64,000 bases of DNA from an uncultured bacterium (GCA_964482725.1 CAYZYT010000004.1:104063-168062); one strand, 5' to 3'; positions 34,326 to 45,186 are shown, numbered from the stretch's first letter. The notes: a model not told the origin generated them from the letters alone. Program-made: numbers and translations.

Positions 34326-34871
34326 ATGGATGAACAAGCGCTCAAACAAGCATTGTTAAAAATGATCCAGGAGAAGGCCGTGGTGCGCGGGGAGCGCACG
34401 TTGGCCTCCGGGAAAATCTCGCAGTACTATATCGATGGCAAGCAGGTCACGCTTGACGCGCAGGGGCTTTTTCTCGCTGCGAAAGTGATCCTTCATATGG
34501 CGCAGGCGGTAGGCGCGGATGCGGTCGGAGGGCCAACCCTTGGCGCGGATCCTCTCGCAGCCGCGGCATCCGTTCTGAGCTCGCAGAGTGGAAAACCGCT
34601 CAAGGCGTTCATTGTTCGCAAGGAAGCCAAGGCGCATGGGATGCAGAAAATGATCGAAGGGCCTGCCCTGCTTCCCGGGGACAAGGTGGTTATGTTGGAG
34701 GATGTGATCACGACAGGAGGCTCGGTCCTGAAAGCCATTAAAGAGGTGGAGGCACTTGGTGCAAAGATCGTAAAAACGATCTGCCTTGTGGATCGCAACG
34801 AAGGGGCTTCGGAAACGCTCGCCAGTTATCACTACTCACCGATTTTTACGTTGAGCGACCTGGGGCTGTAG
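34326..34871 (+). CDS. pyrE: Orotate phosphoribosyltransferase
   Basis: LASGK.S.YYID, VRKEAK.HG, EDVITTGGS; start reassigned to ATG 34326. Confidence 0.95.
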   Translation: MDEQALKQALLKMIQEKAVVRGERTLASGKISQYYIDGKQVTLDAQGLFLAAKVILHMAQAVGADAVGGPTLGADPLAAAASVLSSQSGKPLKAFIVRKEAKAHGMQKMIEGPALLPGDKVVMLEDVITTGGSVLKAIKEVEALGAKIVKTICLVDRNEGASETLASYHYSPIFTLSDLGL

Positions 34872-34899
34872 AACCTTAGGTTGGAATTTTCCTACACAT

Positions 34900-34936
34900 A
34901 AAAAAAGCGCCTCGCCGAAAGGCGAAGCGCTTTTTT
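34900..34936. terminator. Bidirectional terminator
   Basis: A-run, GCGC.TCGCC GAAA GGCGA.GCGC, T-run, between convergent genes. Confidence 0.8.
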
Positions 34937-34959
34937 ATCTTCTACTCCGAAAATCTACT

Positions 34960-35478
34960 TTATTTCTTTACGTAATCGTAAGCGTTATGCTTCTTGGTCA
35001 CGTGTTTGCGTACTGGAGCGGCAGGTGTTTCCGTGACCGTCACAAGAGGTTCTTGAGACACCGGCTCAGAAACGACCGGCGCTACGACCTGCTCTTGGAC
35101 GGGAGTCTGGGCGGACTCTTCAAGGCAATTGTCATAAGACTTTGCTACGGGAAAACCATTGAATCCGGGGACCCAGAAAAGAGCGACGTCCACGATGCCC
35201 GAACTGGCACGAAGCGCCGTGCAGCCAAGACCGCCTGCCATGCCCGTTAAAGTTCCGATGAGCGCCGGTCCTTCCTTTGATCGATTCACCGTTTGAACAA
35301 AGATATCCACAGGGCTTGTGGCGACATTAACAAGACCGCGACCCAACATACCCCCGGCTTTTTCTTTATAGAGATCGGATTGCGCCATTTCCCAAGTGTC
35401 TTTTGCAAAGCTCATCGGGATCAGCAAAAAAGTGCAGAGCACAAGAGCTAACAATACTTTCGCTTTCTTCATGAACAA
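34960..35478 (-). CDS. Exported protein, TIGR04073-like
   Basis: Signal peptide; LGRGLVNVATSPVDI; RASSGIVDVALF. Confidence 0.7.
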   Translation of the reverse strand: MFMKKAKVLLALVLCTFLLIPMSFAKDTWEMAQSDLYKEKAGGMLGRGLVNVATSPVDIFVQTVNRSKEGPALIGTLTGMAGGLGCTALRASSGIVDVALFWVPGFNGFPVAKSYDNCLEESAQTPVQEQVVAPVVSEPVSQEPLVTVTETPAAPVRKHVTKKHNAYDYVKK

Positions 35479-35762
35479 CCTCCTCGTTTGAATGAATGTT
35501 TAAAGATGGCTAAGGGAACCGAAAACCTTTCCTGAAAATCGAACAGGCGTAGATACTACAATGAATAAAAATAACAAGCAATAATATTTTTATTTTGAGG
35601 AGCTGTTTTTTGTAAGCTTAACAAGGACATAGGTTTACAAAAACAGGTGAAAAGCCTAAAAACTAGCAACTATTGACAATTTATAGTATGTAAGATAGAT
35701 TGTATTGTAGGATGTAGCTATAGTAAACGCAAAAATAGCAATAATAGACAAGGAGAACTAGA

Positions 35763-35984
35763 ATGGAACAGTCAAAAGAGCAGAGTCAAGAATATCAGTA
35801 TCCCAAGAGGGAGCGCACCCAGATCATGACGCCCAAGGAAGCGGCGAAATATCTCGGATTCCATCTTGTGACGATCTACCGCTTGCTGAAGAAGGGTGAA
35901 GTTCCGGCGACGAAGATCGGTGGTCAGTGGCGTTTCAAGAAAGACGTCCTGGATACCTGGCTGACAGACCGCATGACCCAATAA
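35763..35984 (+). CDS. Excisionase-family (HTH_17) DNA-binding protein
   Basis: MTPKEAAKYL...TIYRL...PATKIGGQWRF; strong RBS. Confidence 0.9.
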   Translation: MEQSKEQSQEYQYPKRERTQIMTPKEAAKYLGFHLVTIYRLLKKGEVPATKIGGQWRFKKDVLDTWLTDRMTQ

Positions 35985-36024
35985 AGGATACTCGGGCTTA
36001 CGACGGTATCTTTTATAAAGATTC

Positions 36025-37140
36025 TCAGGTGAGTCGAGCCCCGGGTTTCCTTTGCGGCAGGCCTCTTTTGGGGAAAAGAGGATTCAACAGACCCTTTCTA
36101 GAGAGAAGCGCCAAAGCTATTTTTCTGTGCGGGGAAGGAAAGGCGATTTGAGGTAGCTCTGTGACCGGGAACCATCTTCCCTGTGGCCGCTTCGGAAAAG
36201 CCTTCTTTGGGCAAAAGGCTCCAAAAACCTCAAGAGTGATCCTGTATTTTGTAAAAGCATGAGGGACGGTTAAAAAAAGGACGGGCCGTGAGCAGGAAAA
36301 CCTAAGCTCTTCCAGCATTTGTTTTTTATGCGTCCAAAAAGGAAACATCCAAAGCCCGCCCCACCGTCCCTGTACCGGTTGTTTTTCAAGCCAGAACTCA
36401 TTCCGAGGGTTTCGCAGTACCAAGGCGGCCATCCTTAGCTTTTCATAGCTGCTTTTTTGAGAACGAACGGGATAAAAAAGCTCCTTTCCCTTCTGATGGG
36501 CGGCGCATATTTTTTTTACAGGGCATCGGGCGCACTGCGGGTTTGCGGGGAAGCAGACTGTGGCGCCTAGCTCCATTAGCGACTGATTAAGGTCCCCAGG
36601 ATTTTTACCTGGGAGGAGCGAAGCCGCCATAGACCAAAGTTTTTCCAAGGTTGCAGGTTGATCCACGCTTTCAGGGATAGCGAAGATCCTTGAGAGGATG
36701 CGGATCACATTTCCGTCAAGCACGGGTGTTTTTTCACCCCAGGCGATGCTCGCGATCGCTCCGGCGGTATAACGGCCAATACCGGGAAGCTTTTTCAGCT
36801 CTTCCGCAGTCTCGGGGATCTTTCCCTGTAGCTGTCTTTGAGTGAAAATGGCTGCTTCATGGAACATCCGCACTCTTCGGTAATAGCCTAGCCCAGCCCA
36901 AAGCTTCAGGGCCTTTGACAAAGGAGCGCGCGCCAGGGCGGAAAGAGACGGGAAAGTTTTAAGCCAACGCTTATAGTAAGGAATGACCGTTGCGACCTGC
37001 GTCTGTTGGAGCATGATCTCGGAGACCCAGATCTTGTAAGGATCGCGGGTGTGGCGCCAGGGGAGGTCTCTTTTGTTCCGGGAGTACCATCGGAGAAGTG
37101 CGAGACGGAGTTTCAGCCGGGACGCGGTGGATTTATGCAT
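36025..37140 (-). CDS. mutY: A/G-specific adenine glycosylase
   Basis: RDLPWR, SEIMLQQT, LPGIGRYTAGAI HhH, CxxxxxxCxxCxxxxxC; start reassigned to ATG 37140. Confidence 0.95.
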   Translation of the reverse strand: MHKSTASRLKLRLALLRWYSRNKRDLPWRHTRDPYKIWVSEIMLQQTQVATVIPYYKRWLKTFPSLSALARAPLSKALKLWAGLGYYRRVRMFHEAAIFTQRQLQGKIPETAEELKKLPGIGRYTAGAIASIAWGEKTPVLDGNVIRILSRIFAIPESVDQPATLEKLWSMAASLLPGKNPGDLNQSLMELGATVCFPANPQCARCPVKKICAAHQKGKELFYPVRSQKSSYEKLRMAALVLRNPRNEFWLEKQPVQGRWGGLWMFPFWTHKKQMLEELRFSCSRPVLFLTVPHAFTKYRITLEVFGAFCPKKAFPKRPQGRWFPVTELPQIAFPSPHRKIALALLSRKGLLNPLFPKRGLPQRKPGARLT

Positions 37141-37331
37141 AGGAGTATCATATCGGGTCAGGGTGGGGGCGACAAGGGGGATAAGAAATGATAAAAAAGG
37201 ATAAAGGAAACACTTGGGAGGACGATAATCTCTAGGAATATTAGAGGTTGTCGATGGCAGCAAGTTGTGGCACAATAAAAACAAGTAAGCGGTACTGTTC
37301 CAAGGCTTTAAAAACCAAGGGAGAAAAAACA

Positions 37332-37673
37332 ATGAAGAAAATCATGAGTCTCGTAGTGGTACTTTCCATGCTTCTCGCGCCGATCGCTTTTGCAGCGAGT
37401 CCGTGGACCGAAGAAAAAACCTATGGTGACAGGGTCACCGGCAAGCTCGTGTTCGGTCTCCAGAACACGGTGCTCGGCTGGATCCAGCTCTTCGCCGTTC
37501 CTAACCAATATGCCAATGAAGGCAAGAACGTGTGGTCCGGCATTGGACAGGGTTTGGTTGAAGCGACTGTATGCACGATCGGTGGCGCTCTTCAGCTGGT
37601 TACCTTCCCGATCCCTGCAGATCTTCCGCTCCCGAACAACGGTGTGGATCTCAGCGGCGCAGCAAAGAAGTAA
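37332..37673 (+). CDS. Exported protein, TIGR04073-like
   Basis: RBS and MKKIM signal peptide; KLVFGLQNTVLGW; GALQLVTFP. Confidence 0.75.
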   Translation: MKKIMSLVVVLSMLLAPIAFAASPWTEEKTYGDRVTGKLVFGLQNTVLGWIQLFAVPNQYANEGKNVWSGIGQGLVEATVCTIGGALQLVTFPIPADLPLPNNGVDLSGAAKK

Positions 37674-37691
37674 ACAAGGTTTTAGCTTTTC

Positions 37692-37728
37692 AAAAGCACC
37701 GGGCCTCAAAACCCGGTGCTTTTTTTTT
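37692..37728. terminator. Rho-independent terminator (probably bidirectional)
   Basis: AAAAGCACCGGG...CCCGGTGC followed by a T run. Confidence 0.85.
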
Positions 37729-37742
37729 AACTCCTGCCGGTT

Positions 37743-37895
37743 TCAATCAAAAAGCGCATCGACCCAATCCTTCGCAGCCTTTTTCGATGCCTTTCTCAGA
37801 TAATTCCTTTGGGAGGGTTTCACGCGCGTTCTGGGGTTGATGGCCCAACCGTGGCGGGGTTTCGGCGTTTTGAAGGATTTTTTCTTTTTCTCCAT
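37743..37895 (-). CDS. Small basic protein (50 aa), possibly ArfA-like
   Basis: GAGG RBS then MEKKKKSFKTPKPRHGWAINPRTRVKPSQRNYLRK... Confidence 0.6.
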   Translation of the reverse strand: MEKKKKSFKTPKPRHGWAINPRTRVKPSQRNYLRKASKKAAKDWVDALFD

Positions 37896-37990
37896 TTTTA
37901 TCCTCTTTTTGGATGACCGAGGAAGGTCATGGAGGGAGCATAGCCTTAAATCTGGTTTTTCGTGATGCGTCCTCCGCCTGTCTTCTTCCC

Positions 37991-38779
37991 CTAGCCAAGC
38001 CTTTTGAACGGTTTCAGGGCAGCAAGCATTTTCGTATGGATCAAGCCATTCGTGGCGAGGTTCTGCAATCCTAAAAGGGTCAAGGGGGTTCCTGAGAAAT
38101 CCGTGAGTTTTCCGCCCGCTTCCTCGACGATCATCATTCCGCCCGCTTTGTCCCACGGAGAGAGCTTCATTTCATAATAACCGTCAAAACGGCCGCAGGC
38201 CACATAGCAGAGATCGATCGCGGCCGACCCTCCGCGGCGTATACCCTGGATCTGAGTTAGGAAGACGCGGAGCATGTCGAGATAATCATCCGGGTTCTTG
38301 TTGCGGTCATACGGGAAGCCGGTCGCGAGGAGAGAGTCCGAGAGCGTTTTTACCTTTGAAACATGAATACGCTTCCCGTTCAAAGTCGCGCCTTGGCCGC
38401 GTTCCGCGAAGAAAAGTTCCTTACGGAAAGGATCGAACACGCCGCCCATTTCAAGGCGCCCATCTTTTTCGAAGGCGATCGAGACTGAGACGATGGGGAA
38501 GCCGTGCGCGAAATTCGTCGTTCCATCGATGGGGTCGATAATCCAGCGGCATTCAGAGCCCAGGACGGCCGGGGATTCCTCGGCCAGGATCGAATGACCG
38601 GGGAAGCGCTTCAGGATGAGCTCTACAACCGCCTTTTCGGAGGCCTTGTCGATCTCGGTCACGAGGTTGAATGTGCCCTTTTTCGTGATCTTCTGTTCCT
38701 TGCCGAAGTTCGCCCGGATGATCTTTCCGGCCCTGGTGAGGGCTTCCAAGAGCGTTCTTTTAATTTTGGTGTTCTTCAT
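37991..38779 (-). CDS. suhB: Inositol monophosphatase family protein
   Basis: DPIDGTTNF, GSAA, PWD.AGG. Confidence 0.92.
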   Translation of the reverse strand: MKNTKIKRTLLEALTRAGKIIRANFGKEQKITKKGTFNLVTEIDKASEKAVVELILKRFPGHSILAEESPAVLGSECRWIIDPIDGTTNFAHGFPIVSVSIAFEKDGRLEMGGVFDPFRKELFFAERGQGATLNGKRIHVSKVKTLSDSLLATGFPYDRNKNPDDYLDMLRVFLTQIQGIRRGGSAAIDLCYVACGRFDGYYEMKLSPWDKAGGMMIVEEAGGKLTDFSGTPLTLLGLQNLATNGLIHTKMLAALKPFKRLG

Positions 38780-38951
38780 ATAAAATACGAGTCCTTTTGA
38801 TGAACCGGGTTGCGGGGACAGGGCATTCTATCGGAACTGCTTCCTAGCCGCAACTCATTGAGATATTTAAAGATGTTTATCCGCTTTTTCCGCTTTCGGA
38901 CGGGATCCCGCCATCGGGCGGCGGTGCGGGGATGACAGGAAAAGGAGAAAA

Positions 38952-40034
38952 ATGAAATCTTATCGCGTCACACTGATTCCCGGCGACGGCGTCGGGCCTG
39001 AACTGGCAGAGGCAACGAAGGCATGTCTTGAGGCCACAGGTGTTCAATTTGATTGGGACATTCAGACCGCGGGGATGGATGTGATGGCGAGCGAAGGAAC
39101 GCCGCTCCCGGAGCGTGTGTTGGAATCCATTCGCAAAAATAAAGTCGCAATCAAATCCCCGCTCACAACTCCCGTCGGCACAGGATTCCGTTCCGTGAAC
39201 GTGGCGCTTCGCAAGGAGCTCGATCTTTACGCGTGTCTCCGGCCTTGCAAATCCTATGAGGGCGTCCGCTCCCGTTACAAGAATATCGATCTGGTGATCG
39301 TGCGCGAGAACACCGAAGACCTTTATGCGGGCATCGAATTCCAGAAAGGAACTCCGGAAGCTCTGGAATTGATCGCGGACATCGAAAAGCTTTCCAAAAG
39401 GAAGATTCGTTCCGATTCCGGCGTAAGCATCAAGCCGATCTCGGTCATGGGGAGCGAGCGCATTGTGAAGTTCGCGTTCGATTATGCCCGGCAGTACAAA
39501 CGCAAAAAAGTCACAGCCGTTCATAAAGCCAATATCATGAAGTTCTCGGATGGACTTTTCCTCGAGGTCGCGCGCGAAGTGGCGAAAAAATATCCCGACA
39601 TCCAGTTCGAGGACCGGATCGTGGACAATATGTGCATGCAGCTTGTGCAAAAGCCCGAGCTTTATGATGTGCTGGTTCTTCCGAATCTTTACGGGGATAT
39701 TCTCTCCGATCTTTGCGCAGGGCTGGTCGGCGGCCTGGGCGTGGCCCCCGGCGCCAATATCGGGACGAATGGCGCCCTTTTTGAGGCGACCCACGGTTCC
39801 GCCCCGAAGTATAAAGGTCTCAATAAAGTAAATCCTGTGGCCTTGATCCTCTCGGGCGTTTTGATGCTCCAGCATCTGGGAGAAACTGAGGCCGCGAAGC
39901 GTTTGGAAAAAGCTGTCGCCGATGTTATGCGCGAAGGCAAAGATGTGACTTACGATCTGAAAGATGACCGCAATGATCCTACGGCGGTCGGGACCCGGGA
40001 AATGGGCGAGGCGATCATTAAAAAATTAAGGTGA
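38952..40034 (+). CDS. icd: Isocitrate dehydrogenase (isocitrate/isopropylmalate dehydrogenase family)
   Basis: [27 protein letters not shown]; adjacent to aconitase. Confidence 0.85.
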   Translation: MKSYRVTLIPGDGVGPELAEATKACLEATGVQFDWDIQTAGMDVMASEGTPLPERVLESIRKNKVAIKSPLTTPVGTGFRSVNVALRKELDLYACLRPCKSYEGVRSRYKNIDLVIVRENTEDLYAGIEFQKGTPEALELIADIEKLSKRKIRSDSGVSIKPISVMGSERIVKFAFDYARQYKRKKVTAVHKANIMKFSDGLFLEVAREVAKKYPDIQFEDRIVDNMCMQLVQKPELYDVLVLPNLYGDILSDLCAGLVGGLGVAPGANIGTNGALFEATHGSAPKYKGLNKVNPVALILSGVLMLQHLGETEAAKRLEKAVADVMREGKDVTYDLKDDRNDPTAVGTREMGEAIIKKLR

Positions 40035-40140
40035 ACCCCACCAGGGGCCTGGTCAAGGCACCAGGCGGGTAACGGCAAACGAGAGACTAGCGTTTTTTCG
40101 GTCCACGGTCCCCGGGAGACGTTTACGGAGGAGGAAAAGC

Positions 40141-40548
40141 ATGTCGCATATTGTTTGGGATGAAAAATACAGCGTGAACATCGAAGTGATCGATGAACAG
40201 CACAAGAAGATCATCGAAGTGTTGGGGAATCTTTTCGAAGAAATGGGGAAAAAGAAAAGCCGCGAGGTGCTGAAAGCCATTCTTGATCAGATGATTTGGT
40301 ATGCGGGGGAGCATTTTGCAACGGAAGAGATATTCATGAAGCAGTATGGCTTTCCGGGCTATGAAGAGCACAAAAAAGAACACGAGGCCTTCAAAGGGAA
40401 GGTCACTATTTTTCAGAAGGATTTTGCCGCGGGGAAGGAATCGCTTTCCGCCAACATGGTTCGTTTTTTAACCGAGTGGCTCGATCATCATATTGTGGAA
40501 ATTGATAAACAATATGGACCGTTCCTGAATGAAAAAGGGATTTGTTGA
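40141..40548 (+). CDS. Bacteriohemerythrin
   Basis: [26 protein letters not shown]. Confidence 0.93.
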   Translation: MSHIVWDEKYSVNIEVIDEQHKKIIEVLGNLFEEMGKKKSREVLKAILDQMIWYAGEHFATEEIFMKQYGFPGYEEHKKEHEAFKGKVTIFQKDFAAGKESLSANMVRFLTEWLDHHIVEIDKQYGPFLNEKGIC

Positions 40549-43238
40549 TGAGCCTTTTGAATAGCTTTGGCAGTAAGGTGACCCTTCGGATCGCGGGGAA
40601 AGACTACACGATCTATCGTCTGCGCGCGCTTCAGGAATGCGGCATTGCCAAGGTTTTAAAGCTGCCTTACTCCATCCGCGTGCTGCTCGAGAACTTGCTT
40701 CGCAATGAAGACGGCAAGAATGTCACGCGCAAGGACATTGAGCGGCTTGCGACCTGGGACCCGACCCGCAAAGCCGAACATGAGATCGCCTTTACGCCCG
40801 CCCGCGTTTTGCTGCAGGATTTTACGGGTGTTCCGGCGGTCGTGGATCTTGCCGCCATGCGCGAAGCGATGGTCAAGATGGGCGGCGATCCTAAAAAGAT
40901 CAACCCGCTCCAGCCCGTAGACCTTGTGATCGACCATTCCGTGCAGACGGATTTTTCGGGGACCTCCGAAGCGTTCGCGAAAAATATCGCCAAAGAATTC
41001 GAACGCAACCAGGAACGCTATCAATTCCTCAAATGGGGCCAGCAGGCCTTCCGTGATTTTCGCGTTGTGCCTCCCGCGACTGGCATCATCCATCAGGTGA
41101 ATCTCGAATATTTATCTCCCGTGATCTTCAGTAAAAAAGAAGGCGGTAAGACCTTTCTTTATCCGGATACGCTGGTGGGCACGGATTCGCACACGACCAT
41201 GATCAACGGCTTAGGTGTTTTGGGCTGGGGGGCCGGAGGGATCGAGGCGGAGGCCGCCATGCTCGGCCAGCCGATCTCGATGTTGATCCCCGAGGTGGTG
41301 GGGTTCAAATTCACCGGGAAATTGTCTGAAGGTGTGACGGCGACAGACCTTGTGCTGACCGTCACACAAATGCTCCGCAAAAAAGGTGTGGTCGGAAAGT
41401 TCGTGGAGTTTTTCGGTCCCGGCGTTAGCGCCTTGCCGCTCGCGGACCGCGCCGTGGTCGCGAATATGGCGCCCGAGTATGGCGCGACGGCCGGATTTTT
41501 TCCGGTGGACCAGGAAACGCTCAATTTTCTCAGGCTGACCGGGCGAAGCGAAGAGCAGATCAAGCTGGCTGAAACTTATTTGAAGGCGCAGGGACTTTTC
41601 CGGGAACCCGGAGAAGAAAAGATCGTTTATTCCGACACGGTGGAGTTGGACCTTGCGAGCGTCGTTCCGAGTCTCGCGGGGCCCAAGCGTCCGCAGGACC
41701 GTGTGACGCTCAAAGAAGTAAAGCCTTCCTTCAAGAAGATGCTTGTAGAGACAGTGAAAAAGAAGGTCGATCTTACGAAAAAAGCCTTGCTGGAGATCGA
41801 CGGAGAAAAATGTGAACTCGAGCAAGGAGCCGTCGTGATCGCGTCCATCACGAGCTGCACCAATACCTCCAATCCTTCTGTCATGCTAGCGGCTGGGATC
41901 CTGGCGAAAAAAGCGCTTCAAAAAGGCCTGACCGTGAAGCCGTGGGTGAAGACAAGCCTCGCTCCGGGCTCTCAGGTGGTGACGGATTATCTCGCGGCGA
42001 GCGGGCTTCTTTCCTGTCTCGAGGTGCTGAAATTCAATCTTGCGGGGTATGGATGCATGACATGTATCGGGAATTCCGGTCCCTTGGCCGCGCCGGTGTC
42101 CAAAGCGATCAGCGAAAAAGACTTGGTGGTGGCGTCGGTTCTTTCCGGGAACCGTAATTTCGAGGGGCGGGTGCACGCGCAGGTCCGTGCGAATTATCTC
42201 GCGTCGCCGCCGCTTGTGGTGGCTTACGCGATCGCGGGAACGGTGCTGATCGATCTTGAAAAAGATTCTCTGGGTAAGGGGAAGAACGGAAAGCCGGTTT
42301 ATCTGCGGGATATTTGGCCAAGCTCTGCGGAGATCCGGGAAGCTCTTAAGAGCGTGGACCCGGCGATGTTCCGAAAGCGCTACCTCAATGCTTTTGAGGG
42401 GAACGAAGCCTGGCGTTCTCTCAGGGCTCCCGCGGGCGATACTTTTGAATGGGACAAAAATTCAGTTTACGTGAAGTCCCCGCCTTATTTCAAAAAAATG
42501 GCAGTTTTACCGGCGGACCTTAAAGACATCAAGAACGCCCGAGTGCTGGCGGTGCTCGGAGATTCGATCACGACCGACCATATTTCTCCTGCCGGCTCCA
42601 TTGCTCCGGCAAGTCCCGCCGGGAAATATCTGATCGAACAAGGGATCTCCCCCGGGGATTTTAATTCTTACGGCGCGCGACGTGGGAATCATGAAGTCAT
42701 GATGCGCGGCACGTTTGCCAATATCCGTTTGAAGAACCTGCTTGTACCGGGCGTGGAAGGTGGGATGACGAAGTATTTCCCGGAAAAAGGAAAAGGCGTG
42801 GCGATGCCGATCTTTGACGCGGCGATGAAGTATGCCGAAGACAATCGTCCGCTTGTGATCCTTGCGGGAAAAGAATATGGGTCCGGATCTTCGCGCGATT
42901 GGGCGGCCAAAGGTCCCGCGCTCCTGGGCGTTCGCGCCGTGATCGCGGAAAGCTATGAAAGGATCCACCGAAGCAATCTGATCGGGATGGGCATTCTGCC
43001 GCTCCAATTTTTTCAGGGCCAGAACGCGGCTTCTTTTAAATTAACCGGCGAAGAGATCTTCACGGTCGAGGGTGTCGCGAAGGGGCTGAAGCCCGGCAAG
43101 ATCCTTACGGTCAAGGTTTTGGGTGCCGGGGAAGCCAATGTTTTCGAAGTGGTTTGCCGCATTGATACTCCCGTTGAGATCGAATACTACCGCCATGGCG
43201 GTATCCTCCAATACGTCCTGCGACAGTTGTTGAAATAA
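40548..43238 (+). CDS. acnA: Aconitate hydratase A
   Basis: [31 protein letters not shown]; ATG overlaps the upstream TGA. Confidence 0.97.
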   Translation: MSLLNSFGSKVTLRIAGKDYTIYRLRALQECGIAKVLKLPYSIRVLLENLLRNEDGKNVTRKDIERLATWDPTRKAEHEIAFTPARVLLQDFTGVPAVVDLAAMREAMVKMGGDPKKINPLQPVDLVIDHSVQTDFSGTSEAFAKNIAKEFERNQERYQFLKWGQQAFRDFRVVPPATGIIHQVNLEYLSPVIFSKKEGGKTFLYPDTLVGTDSHTTMINGLGVLGWGAGGIEAEAAMLGQPISMLIPEVVGFKFTGKLSEGVTATDLVLTVTQMLRKKGVVGKFVEFFGPGVSALPLADRAVVANMAPEYGATAGFFPVDQETLNFLRLTGRSEEQIKLAETYLKAQGLFREPGEEKIVYSDTVELDLASVVPSLAGPKRPQDRVTLKEVKPSFKKMLVETVKKKVDLTKKALLEIDGEKCELEQGAVVIASITSCTNTSNPSVMLAAGILAKKALQKGLTVKPWVKTSLAPGSQVVTDYLAASGLLSCLEVLKFNLAGYGCMTCIGNSGPLAAPVSKAISEKDLVVASVLSGNRNFEGRVHAQVRANYLASPPLVVAYAIAGTVLIDLEKDSLGKGKNGKPVYLRDIWPSSAEIREALKSVDPAMFRKRYLNAFEGNEAWRSLRAPAGDTFEWDKNSVYVKSPPYFKKMAVLPADLKDIKNARVLAVLGDSITTDHISPAGSIAPASPAGKYLIEQGISPGDFNSYGARRGNHEVMMRGTFANIRLKNLLVPGVEGGMTKYFPEKGKGVAMPIFDAAMKYAEDNRPLVILAGKEYGSGSSRDWAAKGPALLGVRAVIAESYERIHRSNLIGMGILPLQFFQGQNAASFKLTGEEIFTVEGVAKGLKPGKILTVKVLGAGEANVFEVVCRIDTPVEIEYYRHGGILQYVLRQLLK

Positions 43239-43316
43239 AAAAGGTGCCGCACGGCACCTGTTCGGTCCTTAGCCATGCGTTCGTTGCTTTGAGAAAATAA
43301 ACCGGAAGAAAAATCC

Positions 43317-44054
43317 ATGCGCGCAGAAGAAGATCTTTATGTGGAGACGGGATACAAGATCCTTTATGAGGATGAGTTCTTTCTCGTGGTGGATAAACCG
43401 GCGCCGCTGCCGGTGCATGCCGTGGGACGTTTTCAAGAAAAGAATTTGCTCAGTCTTTTAATAAAAGATCTTCGGCCGGGAGGCGAAGGCTTGAGGATCG
43501 TAAACCGGCTTGATTCGGAGACAAGCGGACTTGTGCTGGTTGCAAAATCGGCGCCAATGGCCGGGAAACTCGGCATCCTTTTCGAAAACAGGCAAGTGGT
43601 GAAAGAATATCACACCGTGGTTTTCGGAACGCCCGAAGCGCAAGCGGGAACGATCTCGGCGTCTCTGGGGCTTAAGGTGGATAGCGGTCATAATATCCGC
43701 AGTTCCGATCCCGAGGGCGAAAAGGCGCAAACCGATTATCAGGTCTTAAGCAGTTCGGGGGGATATTCTCTTCTCAAAGTAATGCCGCGGACAGGGCGAA
43801 CGCACCAGATCCGCGCCCACCTTTCATTCTTGGGCCATCCCATTGTGGGGGACAAGATCTACATCGATCCGCGTATCTTTGAACGCTACATTCACGAAGG
43901 ATGGCTGGAAGACATGCGGCCCGTCGTGAAGGCCGAGCGTCTTCTTTTACATGCTTCGGGATTAGAATTTCGTCATCCCGTGACCGGAGAGCTTGCAAAA
44001 TTCACGTCAGAGATCCCGTCCTGCTTCGATTCATTCTTAAATGAGAAAAAATGA
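43317..44054 (+). CDS. RluA-family pseudouridine synthase
   Basis: VDKPA, NRLDSETSG, TGRTHQIR, LHA. Confidence 0.93.
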   Translation: MRAEEDLYVETGYKILYEDEFFLVVDKPAPLPVHAVGRFQEKNLLSLLIKDLRPGGEGLRIVNRLDSETSGLVLVAKSAPMAGKLGILFENRQVVKEYHTVVFGTPEAQAGTISASLGLKVDSGHNIRSSDPEGEKAQTDYQVLSSSGGYSLLKVMPRTGRTHQIRAHLSFLGHPIVGDKIYIDPRIFERYIHEGWLEDMRPVVKAERLLLHASGLEFRHPVTGELAKFTSEIPSCFDSFLNEKK

Positions 44055-44089
44055 ACACGCTTTGGGTTGATGTGTCTGGAAAGTAGGCG

Positions 44090-44366
44090 GAATTTCTGAG
44101 ACCCTGAGGCACGCTCCGGAGGTCAAGCGGGCATGGTGACAGGCAGGACTGGGCCTCGTCACCCGCGGTTCGTTTCTTCCAGCGAGAAACGACCGCGTGC
44201 GGCTCTCGCCCTTTGGATCCGCCCGTAAAGAGGGGCGGCACCAAGCTCCAAAGGGCTGCGAACGCTGCCTCGGTCCCAGTCCCGCCTGTCGAGCGAGACC
44301 GGAGGCGCGAGTGAGTTTTTCCACGCTGGGGAAAAACGAACGGTGATGAAGGGTCTCAAGAAATTC
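44090..44366. ncRNA. Unidentified highly structured intergenic element (ncRNA or MITE candidate)
   Basis: Nested long stems: 44090-44105 with 44350-44366, 44138-44153 with 44275-44290, plus internal hairpins. Confidence 0.45.
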
Positions 44367-44382
44367 TTATAAAGGAGCTAAA

Positions 44383-44586
44383 ATGGCCGGTTCAACAAAG
44401 GTGGCAAGTACTGCTTGTTGGGATTGCAGCTTTCGCAGGGATTTCGAAAATACTTTTCTGGGTATTTGCACCTGGTTTGAGGTTCACGGTAAAGGCTCGA
44501 ATAAAGATATTCCTCCGGCCCTGGTAGAAAAAGGCTGCAAGTATTGGAAGAAGAAACAACAAAAAGGTGACAGTCACCCAAAGTGA
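44383..44586 (+). CDS. Small 4-Cys protein (possible metal binder)
   Basis: AAAGGAG RBS; CWDC...C...C pattern. Confidence 0.65.
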   Translation: MAGSTKVASTACWDCSFRRDFENTFLGICTWFEVHGKGSNKDIPPALVEKGCKYWKKKQQKGDSHPK

Positions 44587-44593
44587 CTGTCAC
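44567..44593. repeat. GTGACAGTCAC palindromic repeat
   Basis: GTGACAGTCAC-CCAAA-GTGACTGTCAC; second copy at 50651-50677. Confidence 0.8.
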
Positions 44594-44636
44594 GGTTGGG
44601 ACAGGCTTTTCCCATACCCTTAGCGAGGTAACCCTT

Positions 44637-45170
44637 ATGTTCGACAAATTGATCGGGTACTTGGTGGCGCGAGCGGGCAAGGAATACTCTGCGGGTTATC
44701 GGGCGGTGGCGACAGCCCTTGGCGTGATGCTCTTTTTCGCGGGCTGGCCGACGCTTGTCTGGGTTTCTGGGCTCGGGGGACAGGGGGAGGTTTTCCCTTC
44801 CTTGGCTGCGGTTCTTTTGAGTGCGCTTTTTTTTGTGGTTGGTATCCCGTGGGTGAGTTGGGCCGTTTTCTGGCAGCTTTGGAAAGGAAAGGGCACGCCT
44901 GTTCCTCTGGTGCCCACCAAGGAGTTTCTGCCTTCCGGACCTTACCGTTATTGCCGTAATCCTATGATGCTTGGTTTTTTTCTTTATCTGGCGGGTTGGG
45001 CCGCGCTCTTCAACCGGACAGGTTCCTGGACTGCAGCCGCCATTCTTATGGTTCTTTTGGCCCTTGAGATCAAGCTGATCGAGGAAAAAGAGCTCGCAGA
45101 GCGTTTCGGAGATGTTTACCGCACCTATAAAAAAAAGACGCCGTTTTTCATTCCAAGATTTCGACCTTAA
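44637..45170 (+). CDS. ICMT/PEMT-family membrane methyltransferase
   Basis: GKGTP.P..P, GPYRYCRNPM, EE.EL..RFG..Y..Y. Confidence 0.88.
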   Translation: MFDKLIGYLVARAGKEYSAGYRAVATALGVMLFFAGWPTLVWVSGLGGQGEVFPSLAAVLLSALFFVVGIPWVSWAVFWQLWKGKGTPVPLVPTKEFLPSGPYRYCRNPMMLGFFLYLAGWAALFNRTGSWTAAAILMVLLALEIKLIEEKELAERFGDVYRTYKKKTPFFIPRFRP

Positions 45171-45186
45171 AGAACGTGCTGGGGAG

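Noticed and set aside
35479-35984. Excisionase-like gene in AT-rich DNA as a prophage or ICE remnant
   Set aside because: No integrase, att repeats, tRNA or phage genes nearby; more likely a stand-alone regulator with its promoter.
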